Shown: piece by piece, positions 23,824 to 33,415 of the stretch
How the letters are laid out: every line of letters begins with the position of its first letter
Numbering within the stretch: the first letter of the stretch is position 1
Assembly (NCBI GenBank): GCA_965215335.1
Contig: CBDCDA010000001.1
Span: 1,888,001 to 1,952,000, forward strand
Direction: 5' to 3'
Length of the DNA: 64,000 nucleotides
Source: an uncultured Candidatus Entotheonella sp.
Lineage (GTDB): Bacteria > Tectomicrobia > Entotheonellia > Entotheonellales > Entotheonellaceae
Translations under genes and position numbers: made by a program
Notes under the pieces: generated by a model
Database searches by the model: none
Seen by the model: the letters and a program-made list of their open reading frames with translations, nothing else
What the model was told of the DNA's origin: nothing

Positions 23824-24666
23824 TCATGCTCGGAAATCATCTGCATCGCCAAGGTTACCACAGTGCCGACCTGGTGTTCCATCCGGTTGCGTCGCCGCCG
23901 ATGTCAATTCTTGCAACAGGGCATGGTAACGTTCCGCCCCGCCCTCCTTCCAGGCCGCCAACAACGCGGTGCCAATGATCCCGATGTCAACGAGCCCTTT
24001 GACTTGCTGCAAGTCCTGGTGTGTGCGCAGGCCAAATCCCAACGCCAGCGGCAAGGATGTGGCTGAGCGACACCGCGCGATGAAGGCTTCCAGGCGCTCA
24101 TCGACCTGCGTATGGCGGCCGGTCACCCCCCGGCGCGCGACGCAGTACACGAAGCCGCTGGCTTTGTCGGCGATCTCCCGCAGTCGCGGCTCGGAGTTGA
24201 CCGGCGTCATCATGACAATCGGCGCTTGCTGGTAGGCGGCCGCGTATTGATGCAGGTCGTCAGCCTCTTCCGGCGGCAGGTCGGCCACGATGAACCCGTC
24301 GCCGCCATGCTCTGCCAGGCAAGCGCAAAAGCGCTCGTGGCCCATCTGAAGAATGCTGTTGTAATACCCCATCATCAGGACTTTGAAATCAAATGCCGCG
24401 GTGGCCCGCTGCATGAACGCGAAGTAGGTTTCCCAGGCGACGCCGGCTTCGAGCGCGCGCTGGTTGGCGTGTACGAACACCGGACCGTCGGCGATCGGTT
24501 CGCTGAAGGGGAGCTGGAGTTCTACGAGATCGACATCCGCCCGCTGCATGGTCTCCAGCATGGTCATGTTGGCCTCGAAGGATGGGTATCCGACGATGGC
24601 ATGGGTCATCAGCAGGGGCCGTTTCCGCTGCAAGCGCTGGCGAATATAGCCTTCCAAGTGCGTCAT
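23824..24666 (-). CDS. trpA: tryptophan synthase alpha chain
   Basis: ELQLPFSEPIADGP, GVTG, GFG; 4-bp overlap with trpB. Confidence 0.95.
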   Translation of the reverse strand: MTHLEGYIRQRLQRKRPLLMTHAIVGYPSFEANMTMLETMQRADVDLVELQLPFSEPIADGPVFVHANQRALEAGVAWETYFAFMQRATAAFDFKVLMMGYYNSILQMGHERFCACLAEHGGDGFIVADLPPEEADDLHQYAAAYQQAPIVMMTPVNSEPRLREIADKASGFVYCVARRGVTGRHTQVDERLEAFIARCRSATSLPLALGFGLRTHQDLQQVKGLVDIGIIGTALLAAWKEGGAERYHALLQELTSAATQPDGTPGRHCGNLGDADDFRA

Positions 24667-25949
24667 GCCGGTGCCCCGTCGCTCGTGGTTGTCCCTGCCT
24701 CCCATTCCCCCACCTTTTGCCGTAAAAATGCCCGCCAGGGATCGTCGCCGAGGGCTTCGGCAATCGTGAAAATGTCCTTGTCACCCCGTCCCGACTGATT
24801 GATCAGAATACCGTCTTGGGGTGACAGATGCGGCGCTTCCTGCAGCGCGGTGACAAAGGCGTGGGTGCTTTCCAGAGCGGGAATGATGCCCTCGCGCCGC
24901 ATCACGTGCTGCAATGAGGCCAGGACATCGGCATCCGTGGCGGCTTCAACGCGGATGCGGCCAATATCGTGCAGGTGCGCCAGGACGGGACCCACACCCA
25001 CATAATCCAGACCTGCCGAGACCGAGTGCGTCGGCCGCATCTGCCCTTCGGCAGTTTGCAGGAAGCGCGTTTTGTAACCCTGCGCCACCCCGGTGGACCC
25101 CATGTTGCACGCCAGCCGAGCCGCATGCCGGCCGCTGTCCAGACCCCCTCCGCCTGCTTCGATGCCCACCAGTTCCACCGCCGCGTCATCCAGAAAGCCG
25201 GCGAAGATTCCCGAGGCATTCGATCCACCACCGACACACGCATAAACCCTTTTGGGCAGCTTGCCGGTCTGTTCCAACATCTGCGAACGGGCCTCTCGGC
25301 CAATAAGCGATTGAAAGTAGGTGACCATCTGCGGGAAGGGATGCGGACCGCATACCGTGCCCATGACGTAGTGCGTCGTGTGCATCGAGTCGGCCCAGTC
25401 GCGCAGCGTGGCGTTGATGGCGTCTTTCAGCGTTTTGGTGCCGTCGTTCACGGACACCACGCGTGCGCCCAGTTGCTCCATCCAGAACACGTTTGGCCGC
25501 TGCCGCTCTACATCCACCGACCCCATGTAAATCGCGCACTCGAATCCCATGCGCGCCGCCATGGTTGCCGTGGCCACACCGTGCTGCCCGGCCCCCGTTT
25601 CCGCAATCACCCGCTGTTTCCCCATGCGCTGCACCAGCAACCCCTGCCCCATCACGTTGTTGACCTTGTGCGCGCCAGTGTGGTTCAGGTCTTCCCGCTT
25701 GACGTAGATCTGCGCACCGCCAAGGTCCTTGCTCAAATTTTCCAGATGGGTCAGCGGCGTGGGACGGCAGGAGTAACTCGACATCAAGGCAACATACGCA
25801 TCCCAGAAGGCAGGGTCGGCCTGGGCGTCATTGAAGGCCGCCGTCAATTCCCGAATGGTTTCGTGCAGGATTTCCGGGATGAATGCGCCGCCGAACTGCC
25901 CGTAATAACCCTCGCGGCCGACGGGAAATTGGAAAAGTTCGGCGTACAT
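24663..25949 (-). CDS. trpB: tryptophan synthase beta chain
   Basis: KREDLNHTGAHK, AETGAGQHG, CVGGGSN, SAGLDY, SGRGDKD. Confidence 0.97.
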   Translation of the reverse strand: MYAELFQFPVGREGYYGQFGGAFIPEILHETIRELTAAFNDAQADPAFWDAYVALMSSYSCRPTPLTHLENLSKDLGGAQIYVKREDLNHTGAHKVNNVMGQGLLVQRMGKQRVIAETGAGQHGVATATMAARMGFECAIYMGSVDVERQRPNVFWMEQLGARVVSVNDGTKTLKDAINATLRDWADSMHTTHYVMGTVCGPHPFPQMVTYFQSLIGREARSQMLEQTGKLPKRVYACVGGGSNASGIFAGFLDDAAVELVGIEAGGGGLDSGRHAARLACNMGSTGVAQGYKTRFLQTAEGQMRPTHSVSAGLDYVGVGPVLAHLHDIGRIRVEAATDADVLASLQHVMRREGIIPALESTHAFVTALQEAPHLSPQDGILINQSGRGDKDIFTIAEALGDDPWRAFLRQKVGEWEAGTTTSDGAPA

Positions 25950-26074
25950 GGGTCGCTGCTCCATCCAAAAGGACTGTTCTGGAGGTTTCTTGCTCTGAGA
26001 GCAGTGTATGGTAGCATGATTTGCCTGCCTGCAGCACATGCGGTGACCGGCGCAACGCCGAGAGGAGCGTATCC

Positions 26075-27241
26075 ATGACCTTGAAGGACCGAGCCTGCAT
26101 CGTCGGGGTTGGTGAAAGCGCTTACACCAGGGGGTCACAAAAGACCGTCCTGCGCTTGGTGCTGGAAGCCTCCCGGCACGCCATCCGCGACGCCGGGTTG
26201 ACCGTACAGGATATTGACGGCTTCGTTCTGTCTTCATCCTACATCTACCAGGAAGCCCTGGCCGCCAATCTGGGGGTGAGCGACCTGCGGTATTCCACCA
26301 CGGTGCAAATGGGCGGCGCCAGTCCGGTAACGGCCTTGCAGAGCGCCGCCATGGCCGTTACCCTGGGCGTTGCCCGTAACGTGCTGGTCCCTTTTGGCTG
26401 GAACGGCTACTCGGAGGCGCGCATCAGCCGCCGCGAACGACCCGACGCGCCGCCGCGGCCCGATAACGCTCTGAGCCAGGCCCTGCGCAATTACTATGCG
26501 CCCTATGGCGCGCTGGCCCCGGTCCAACACTACGCCTGGCTGGCCACGCGGCATCGGGAACTCCATGGCACGACTGACGAAGAAATGGCCGAGGTGGTTC
26601 TCGCCAGCCGTTTTCACGCTCAGCACAACCCGCGCGCCTACATGTATGGCCGTACGTTGACCCTGGAACAGTATCTCCAATCTCCCATGATCGCTTCCCC
26701 TTTCCGCGTTCTTGATTGCTGTCTGGAAACAGACGGCGCCTGTGCGGTGGTCGTGACGGCGGCGGAGCGCGCTGCCGACCTGCGACATGACCCCGTCTAC
26801 ATCATGGGCATTGCGGAAGGACATCCCTATCCTGCGGACGATATCCCGAATCGCCCTGACTTCCTCAAGATTGGCCTCGGCTTCGCCGCCCCGCACGCCT
26901 TTGGAATGGCTGGCGTGGCGCCTCGGGATGTGGATTTTGTCCAGGTCTACGATTGCTTTACGTACGTCGTGATGCTGCAGTTGGAAGCGCTCGGCTTCTG
27001 CGCGGTGGGCGAGTCGCGTGAGTTCGTCAAAGGCGGCACGTTACGCATCGACGGCGACTTGCCCTGCAACACGCACGGTGGTTTGCATTCCGAGGCGCAC
27101 GTGTGGGGGCTCAATCACGTCGTGGAGGCGACCCGGCAATTGCGGCATGAAGCCGGTTTGCAGGTGGCGGACTGCGAGTTGGGTTTGGTGACCGGCTGGG
27201 GGGATTTCGGCGATGGCAGCCTGGTCATTCTCAGGAGGTAA
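26075..27241 (+). CDS. thiolase-like protein (SCP-x/Ltp2 type)
   Basis: [31 protein letters not shown]. Confidence 0.9.
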   Translation: MTLKDRACIVGVGESAYTRGSQKTVLRLVLEASRHAIRDAGLTVQDIDGFVLSSSYIYQEALAANLGVSDLRYSTTVQMGGASPVTALQSAAMAVTLGVARNVLVPFGWNGYSEARISRRERPDAPPRPDNALSQALRNYYAPYGALAPVQHYAWLATRHRELHGTTDEEMAEVVLASRFHAQHNPRAYMYGRTLTLEQYLQSPMIASPFRVLDCCLETDGACAVVVTAAERAADLRHDPVYIMGIAEGHPYPADDIPNRPDFLKIGLGFAAPHAFGMAGVAPRDVDFVQVYDCFTYVVMLQLEALGFCAVGESREFVKGGTLRIDGDLPCNTHGGLHSEAHVWGLNHVVEATRQLRHEAGLQVADCELGLVTGWGDFGDGSLVILRR

Positions 27242-27244
27242 CCG

Positions 27245-27655
27245 ATGGAAGCCTATGACAAGCCGTTACCTCGGGGTGAGGACTTCAACGGCGAATTTTA
27301 TCAGTTTTGCAAGCAGCATGAACTGCGTTTTCAGCGCTGCCGGGACTGCGGCACGTGGCGCCATATGCCCCGCGAGAGCTGTCAGGCGTGCGGGTCATTC
27401 GACTGGACCTGGGAACGCGCCGGCGGCAGGGGGCAGGTCTTCAGCTGGACGGTGATTCACCGCGCGTTGCACCCCGGCTTTGCGGAGGAGTTGCCGTATG
27501 CTGCCGTTGTGGTGGAACTGGAGGAGGGCCTTCGGATGGTTTCCCACGTGCTTGATCTGCCTGCCGATCGGTTGCGCGTGGGTCTACCCGTGGAGGTTGC
27601 TTTCGATGATGTAACGCCGGAGATTACCTTGCCGAAGTTTCGACCCCTGCCGTAG
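27245..27655 (+). CDS. Zn-ribbon OB-fold (DUF35) protein
   Basis: QRCRDCG...CQACGS, VVELEEGLRMVS; typical thiolase partner. Confidence 0.92.
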   Translation: MEAYDKPLPRGEDFNGEFYQFCKQHELRFQRCRDCGTWRHMPRESCQACGSFDWTWERAGGRGQVFSWTVIHRALHPGFAEELPYAAVVVELEEGLRMVSHVLDLPADRLRVGLPVEVAFDDVTPEITLPKFRPLP

Positions 27656-27705
27656 CTCGCCGTTCGATGCGGACGCCCACAAGACGTGCCTGCCCTTGGC
27701 GCCAG

Positions 27706-29460
27706 TCAGATGATCATCTCCTGGAACGATTGCCCTGGCGGCATCAAGGGCAGGCATTCCTCGTAGGGGGTTACAAACTCGATGAAATGCGGCCCGCGGT
27801 GGGATAGCGCGCGTTGCAGAACGGGCTTCACGTCCTCCGGCTCGCAGACGCGGTCCACGCAGCCCGCATCAAAGCCATTTCCCTGCGCGAGCAAGGTCCA
27901 GTTTTTGCTGCGCTTGACGACGCCCGTCTCCCGTCCCTGATAGAAGCGGTGATTCCACATTCGCACGATGCCGTATCCGTCGTTGTTGAGCACCAGGACC
28001 TTTACGGCCAGATTTTCCTCCCAGATGGTCTCCAGCTCAGCTTCGGAGAAACGCAGGCTGCCGTCGCCGGCCAAACAGACGACAAGGGCATCAGGGTCCG
28101 CCATTTGCGCCCCGATGGCCATGGGCAAGCCGGAGCCCATCGCGCCTTGGCCACCGGAGGTCATGAATTGCCAACTTGGCTCCAGGGCCAGATATTGCCC
28201 GGCCCACATCTGGTGGTCGCCGACCTCCGTGGTGTAGATGACCCGGCACGGATCAGCAGCGACGCATTGCCCCACAACCTCATTGAGCAACTGCAAGACG
28301 TGTTGCGCCTGCAGCTGCCCCGGGCGGCGGGTGTAGGTTGAGGGATATTCCTTCTCAACCTCCGCAATGGCCTGGCGCCAGTCGGGATAATCGAATGCGT
28401 CCGTAAGCCGGCGCCTCAACGCGCCCAGCGTTTCTTTCAGGTCCCCAACGATTCCCAGCTTCCGTTCGGGCAGCACCTTGCGAATTTGTCCCAGGTCGAT
28501 GTCGAAATGAATCAGGCGCTTGGCCTGCGGCGCAAACCGGGCTGTGTCCCCTGTGATGCGGTCGTCGTAACGCGAACCCAATGATACGACCAGGTCAGCG
28601 TGGTGCACGATCCAGTTGGCGACGTAGAATCCGTGCATGCCAAGCAATCCATAGTTGCATGGATGCGATGTGGCAATTGCCGGCTTGCCTGGAATCGTAT
28701 GGACCACCGGACTTGGCACGACTTCCAGGAATTGCTCCAGTTCGCGCTCAGCACCAGCCAGCACCAATCCGTAGCCCACGATGATGGCAGGTCGCTTCGC
28801 GGCGTTGAGACAAGCTATCACCGCGTCCAATTCAGCGTCCAGGGTCTTATCCAACCCATTATCCGAGACGGCTGAATCGAACGGCTCCAGAGCCGCGCGA
28901 TACGCATCAAGGTCAACCAGAGACTGCTGGGCATCTTTTGTGAGATCGATCAGCACCGGCCCCGGCCGGCCTTCCCTGGCAAGGCGAAATGCCTCACGAA
29001 CCACGTCGGGCATCTCTTCGGGCCGACTTACATAGTACACTTTCTTTACGGTTGGCGCGGCAATTTCGGTGATGTTCGTTTCCTGGAAGGCATCGGTGTT
29101 ACGGGCAGACGTCGGCACCTGACCGGTTACAACTACCAACGGCACGTTGTCACGGTGAGCGTCCGCAATCGCCGTAATGGTATTGGTTGCGGCCGGTCCC
29201 GATGTCACCACACACACCCCTACTTTACCCGTAGCCCGCGCATACCCCATCGCAGCCCACGCCGCGCCCGGTTCGGTTTGGAAGATGGACATCTCCAGGT
29301 GCTCTGCCTCCTGCAAGGCATCCATCCCTTCCATGATGGCGCCGCCCGTCAAAGCCATGACTTGTTTCACACCCTGAGCCCGCAGCAAGGCGGCGAACAA
29401 ATCAGCGCCGCGGTCCTTAATCCTCGGTACATACGGTGGAACTTGCAATTGTAAGCTCAT
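27706..29460 (-). CDS. ilvB: acetolactate synthase large subunit-like ThDP enzyme
   Basis: VVTSGPAATN, TDAFQE, GSRYDDRITG, SGGQGAMG, GDGS...NN ThDP motif. Confidence 0.88.
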   Translation of the reverse strand: MSLQLQVPPYVPRIKDRGADLFAALLRAQGVKQVMALTGGAIMEGMDALQEAEHLEMSIFQTEPGAAWAAMGYARATGKVGVCVVTSGPAATNTITAIADAHRDNVPLVVVTGQVPTSARNTDAFQETNITEIAAPTVKKVYYVSRPEEMPDVVREAFRLAREGRPGPVLIDLTKDAQQSLVDLDAYRAALEPFDSAVSDNGLDKTLDAELDAVIACLNAAKRPAIIVGYGLVLAGAERELEQFLEVVPSPVVHTIPGKPAIATSHPCNYGLLGMHGFYVANWIVHHADLVVSLGSRYDDRITGDTARFAPQAKRLIHFDIDLGQIRKVLPERKLGIVGDLKETLGALRRRLTDAFDYPDWRQAIAEVEKEYPSTYTRRPGQLQAQHVLQLLNEVVGQCVAADPCRVIYTTEVGDHQMWAGQYLALEPSWQFMTSGGQGAMGSGLPMAIGAQMADPDALVVCLAGDGSLRFSEAELETIWEENLAVKVLVLNNDGYGIVRMWNHRFYQGRETGVVKRSKNWTLLAQGNGFDAGCVDRVCEPEDVKPVLQRALSHRGPHFIEFVTPYEECLPLMPPGQSFQEMII

Positions 29461-29480
29461 AATAGCTGCATGTCTCCACA

Positions 29481-29835
29481 TGTTTATGGCCTGTAGACAT
29501 TAAAGAAGTGCTTCAAGCGCTACCCCATCGGCTATTTCCATGTCGACATCGCCGAACTGCGCACCGCGCACCGCCGAGGACAAACTCCATCTGTTCATCG
29601 CCATCGACCGGACCTCGAAGTTCGCCTTCGCCAGGCTGGTGGAACGCGCCACCACGAAAGGAGCGGCAGCATTCCTGGACGACCTGGTTGCAGCCGTACC
29701 CTGCCAGGTCCATACGGTGCTGACCGACAATGGCATCGAGTTTACCGATCTTGCAATGGCATCGAGTTTGCCGATCTTGCTCGGAGCCGCAAAGATTCAA
29801 AACTGATCCATACCACCTAATCCCGGAACCATACA
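29481..29835 (+). mobile_element. internally deleted, frameshifted IS481-family remnant
   Basis: Reads KRYPIGYFHVDIAELRT / EDKLHLFIAIDRTSKFAFA...HTVLTDNGIEF (integrase core), then the IS481-type C-terminus EPQRFKTDPYHLIPEPY; bounded by TGT...ACA. Confidence 0.85.
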
Positions 29836-29855
29836 CCTGGTCACTCGTCACAGCT

Positions 29856-30275
29856 TTATCGTTCAGGACGGCCGCGCCACTCCGAGACATCTGCCAACTC
29901 TTGAGCGTGTCGCTTCTGTTCTTCCCGGTCTTCGCCGGCCAGATCGGGCAAGGAAATATCCGCATGGTACGGATTGTCCGACAACGGCGTAGCAATCACC
30001 TCTCGTTCACTCCGAGTAGCATGATCTGCAGTCAGCACGGCCCATCCATGAAAGTCAGCGCTCCGTGCTGCGGCGACGTTATCTGCTATTGCGACTGCCT
30101 TGTTCGGTGGGGCGACGCTCGGCCTGTCGACCGAAATGCTGGTTTCGCCTTGTCTTTCCAGAAATACATTGAGCGGAACCCGACGTCTGGCACGCGCTGC
30201 GGTTGTCCTCGAAAATACACCTCGTCCGAGTTCTTCATCGCCTGCCACGTCCTTGGGAATAGTCACAGCATCCAA
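29856..30275 (-). CDS. hypothetical protein, ADP-ribosyltransferase-like toxin candidate
   Basis: 139 aa; ELGRGVF (R), SISVDR (SxS) and NPYHADI pattern. Confidence 0.55.
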   Translation of the reverse strand: MDAVTIPKDVAGDEELGRGVFSRTTAARARRRVPLNVFLERQGETSISVDRPSVAPPNKAVAIADNVAAARSADFHGWAVLTADHATRSEREVIATPLSDNPYHADISLPDLAGEDREEQKRHAQELADVSEWRGRPER

Positions 30276-31138
30276 CTGCCTTGCTGCTCCAACTCGGTCA
30301 AGGCTTCCTGTACAAAACCGTCGGGAAGCATCTCTGTGGCAGAGTAACGAGCACGGCGATGTTCACCGTTCATGTTGACCAGGCACAAAGCCCCTCCTTC
30401 CGAATTACACAGCAACACAACTGATCGCCCATATCCCCCCGGTGCATCGATGGCGACCTCGCCGTCCTGCGTCGGATACACTTCGAAGCGCCGCCGGGAA
30501 ATCCTGTACATTTCTCTCAAAAGACGGTTCGCACTTGCCAGTGCGCTTTCGGAGGGTATCGGGAAACCTTCTTCGCTTGCCTCCTCTGTTGCCTGTCGAA
30601 GGTCGTGTAGGGCGGCATACAGATTGCCGTTCGAAGAAGAGTCGTCCGAAGCGACTGACGTTGCAAATGTTTCTTCGTTATCTGACAGGAAATGAGGAAT
30701 TATCTTCAACCTGCCCAACGCGTCCGGATCCAGCTCCCGCAAGCCGAAACGGAGGCGTGGGATCTGATGCGAAACATACATTTCTCCAAACAGGCGGTCC
30801 GAACTCGACAATGCGTTTTCTGAAGGTACCGATACACCTTCTTCGGTTGCCTCATCGACCGTCTGATGAGCGTCGCGCAAGACTATGTGTTCAGCATCCC
30901 AAGAAACATCAATCGGACTGAATACCATCGGAAATGTTCTTATGTCTCCGTGCGGAGAGATGACTATTGTCCCTAGCCGTACGATGTCCTCAGTGTCATG
31001 CGATGTACCGCCGCCCAGTTCCCGCCAGACATCAGGCCACACGCTGCTGGCCGAGTGTCTCATATTGTACGTGAGCCAATGCCCGCCTGAAACGGCGGTC
31101 TTGTTGGACCCTGTCGTCGTCTGCACCAACATCTCCAT
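30263..31138 (-). CDS. hypothetical protein with internal duplication (antitoxin candidate)
   Basis: 291 aa; two copies of EA(T/S)EEGxx(V/I)PSExAL...RL..EMY; overlaps the downstream ORF by 13 bp. Confidence 0.65.
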   Translation of the reverse strand: MEMLVQTTTGSNKTAVSGGHWLTYNMRHSASSVWPDVWRELGGGTSHDTEDIVRLGTIVISPHGDIRTFPMVFSPIDVSWDAEHIVLRDAHQTVDEATEEGVSVPSENALSSSDRLFGEMYVSHQIPRLRFGLRELDPDALGRLKIIPHFLSDNEETFATSVASDDSSSNGNLYAALHDLRQATEEASEEGFPIPSESALASANRLLREMYRISRRRFEVYPTQDGEVAIDAPGGYGRSVVLLCNSEGGALCLVNMNGEHRRARYSATEMLPDGFVQEALTELEQQGSWML

Positions 31139-31148
31139 GGCGTTCCTT

Positions 31149-31847
31149 TCATCTCTCCAGATCGAATTTCGCCACTATCGCACGAAAGTCGGATAAATCA
31201 TCCCTCCATGAATCAATAATGGATAATAAAGTGTTGATGCGTGCCTGCGGATTGGTGTCCGTAATGTCACGGTGGACGTTGGCCTGAAACAGCCTTCCAG
31301 GAGTTCCGCGGCGGCCACTTGTCCGGGGTTGTGCTTCAATGATGTCCAAGGAGATCGTCCGTCTGGCAGAGCGGTATATCGCTTTCAGCTGGATATCCGG
31401 AGTAACGTCTTTGAACGACATCCATACGCCTTTGTCGAGCAATAGCTCCGCCACCCTGTGGACTGCCTCGCCATCTGAACGCCTCCGACCCTTAGGGTTG
31501 ATCCCGACGGCACGGTAGATGTGCGGGACTCGCTCCACATACCGCTTCGCTATTTCTGGACAAGCAATGTCCTCTGGGGACAAGCTGTTCCCGACTTGCG
31601 CAAATATGATACGCTCTGGATCGGCGGTCACGGTGAGCCCGCCTGTGAATGTTGCTTGGGAGAAAGCCGGGGTCGAGAGGCGAGGTTCTTGCACCTGCCA
31701 ACGCGCATCCACGATTTCATTGCGCTGCAGGAAGTCTGGATTCAAGATTGATGGATCAATCGGACCCGCGACCAAAACAACAGAGAATTCGGTGAGATCA
31801 ATATTCCAGCCATTCCCTCCATTGCCATGCATTTTTTCCTGTTCCAT
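31149..31847 (-). CDS. hypothetical protein, TIGR04255-like
   Basis: 232 aa; FSVVLVA..DPSILNPDFLQRNEIV...ERIIF...YRAVGINP; RBS GAGGA. Confidence 0.6.
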   Translation of the reverse strand: MEQEKMHGNGGNGWNIDLTEFSVVLVAGPIDPSILNPDFLQRNEIVDARWQVQEPRLSTPAFSQATFTGGLTVTADPERIIFAQVGNSLSPEDIACPEIAKRYVERVPHIYRAVGINPKGRRRSDGEAVHRVAELLLDKGVWMSFKDVTPDIQLKAIYRSARRTISLDIIEAQPRTSGRRGTPGRLFQANVHRDITDTNPQARINTLLSIIDSWRDDLSDFRAIVAKFDLER

Positions 31848-32466
31848 GTGGGGAATCCTCTCACTATGGTCGTCGCAGTACTGAAACCCCCTTCTTGCCG
31901 AACGATGGGGATTGAGAGTCCACCGCCGACGCTGCCACCCGTGAAAGACTTCACTAAAGTGCGTTTATTTTGAAACCGAGAATTTCAGAGAGACCTTGTC
32001 CAGTTGCAGCAAGGCGGCCTCACAGGGGCCTCGATTCGGAAGAATTGCCTGATCTAAAACGGAACGCACATTAGACCTTTGCGTCCACTGCCATCTTGGT
32101 GATCTTCTTTCCCTCAATGACGCCTAGCGAAATGCCTGACCCGTTTCGACAGGTCTACAGACCTTGAATTGTCAGTCGCCTCTGCATCTTGTGACATCAT
32201 ATGCTTGACACAACTGGACGGTCAACGACGATCGGTCGACCAGGGCTGAGGTATTCGAAACGCGCAACCCGGCGCCGTTGCTGGCTTTCCTTGATCCAAC
32301 TGCGGCCCTGAGAGTCCATATATTGTACGATGATGCGAAGTAGGCGTTACTATTGCCTTACGAGAGCGAGCAATCCTTTTCCTGTTCCTCGGCGAGGCGA
32401 AACTGTCCGCCTTTTGTCCGTGCAAGAATGAGCGGAATCTGAAGGAAGGTTCAGGGGACAGGATTT

Positions 32467-33381
32467 TCAATCGGCATGATACCGGGGCACGACGAGTTTG
32501 GCCAATCGAGCCAGCTGATCGTGGAACGCCGCGCCGGAAACCATCGGGCGCAAAACGAATTTGCTGACACCCACCGCCACGTATTCGTCGATGCGGCGCA
32601 GAATGGCGCCCGGCTCACGCCAGGCGGCGTAGGACTCGAATGGCGTGTTCGGGTCGATACGCCGCATCAGTGTTTGAATCTCCGCGCTGATGTCGCCGTT
32701 CCCGAAGTGAAACGGAACGATCGTTCCGTAATGGTCCTGCGGCACCTCTCGTCCATACGCCTCGGCCGCGTTGCGGATCGCGCGCACGGCTTTCCCTGCC
32801 TCCGACGGCGGTTGGTACGATCCCAGGAAGCCGTCCCCCAAACGAGCTACCCGCTTGTAGGCCGCCTGAGAGCGGCCCCCGAACCAGACCGGCAAGGGTT
32901 GCTGGCAAGGCTTGGGCTGAATCGTCAATTCGTGGGTGCTGTAGAACTCGCCCGCATGGGAAACCGCCTCTTCGCGCCACAAGCGGCGCATCAGCGGCAC
33001 GGCCTCGTCGGTCATGGCGCCCCGGCGCTGCGGCGTCCTGCCCACCGCCAGCCACTCCGCTTCCTGAGCCAGCCCCAACCCGAAAGCCGGCAGCATGCGG
33101 CCCTGACTGAGAAAGTCGATGGTGGCAATCTCCTTGGCCACGATGAGCGGGTCGCGCACCGGCAGCACCGCCACACTCATGCCGAATTTGATGCGCCGTG
33201 TCCGCCCTGCGATCATGGCCAGTGCCGCGATGGGCTCGAGCGCCGGGGCAGGGTTGCGGATGCGGTCATTCAGCCAGATTGAATCCAGCCCGCTTTCTTC
33301 CACGAGATCGACCATATCCCAGAAGTCGGCGACGCACCTGAACGGCCAGCCGGAAAACCCGACCCCGATCCGTATCTTCAT
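32467..33381 (-). CDS. LLM-class flavin/F420-dependent oxidoreductase
   Basis: GLDSIWLNDR, RDPLIVAKEIATIDFLSQGR, PVWFGGRS. Confidence 0.92.
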   Translation of the reverse strand: MKIRIGVGFSGWPFRCVADFWDMVDLVEESGLDSIWLNDRIRNPAPALEPIAALAMIAGRTRRIKFGMSVAVLPVRDPLIVAKEIATIDFLSQGRMLPAFGLGLAQEAEWLAVGRTPQRRGAMTDEAVPLMRRLWREEAVSHAGEFYSTHELTIQPKPCQQPLPVWFGGRSQAAYKRVARLGDGFLGSYQPPSEAGKAVRAIRNAAEAYGREVPQDHYGTIVPFHFGNGDISAEIQTLMRRIDPNTPFESYAAWREPGAILRRIDEYVAVGVSKFVLRPMVSGAAFHDQLARLAKLVVPRYHAD

Positions 33382-33415
33382 GCCCGTCCTTCTCCCCGTC
33401 TGACGGTTGCAACCA

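Noticed and set aside
26075..27655. Thiolase plus DUF35 pair as a novel system
   Set aside because: This is a well-known, widespread pairing.
31848..32466. AT-richer 620-bp gap upstream of the three-gene cassette as a possible ncRNA, retron or CRISPR array
   Set aside because: No regular repeats, long inverted repeats or recognisable ORF were found by eye; an Rfam/tblastx search would be needed.
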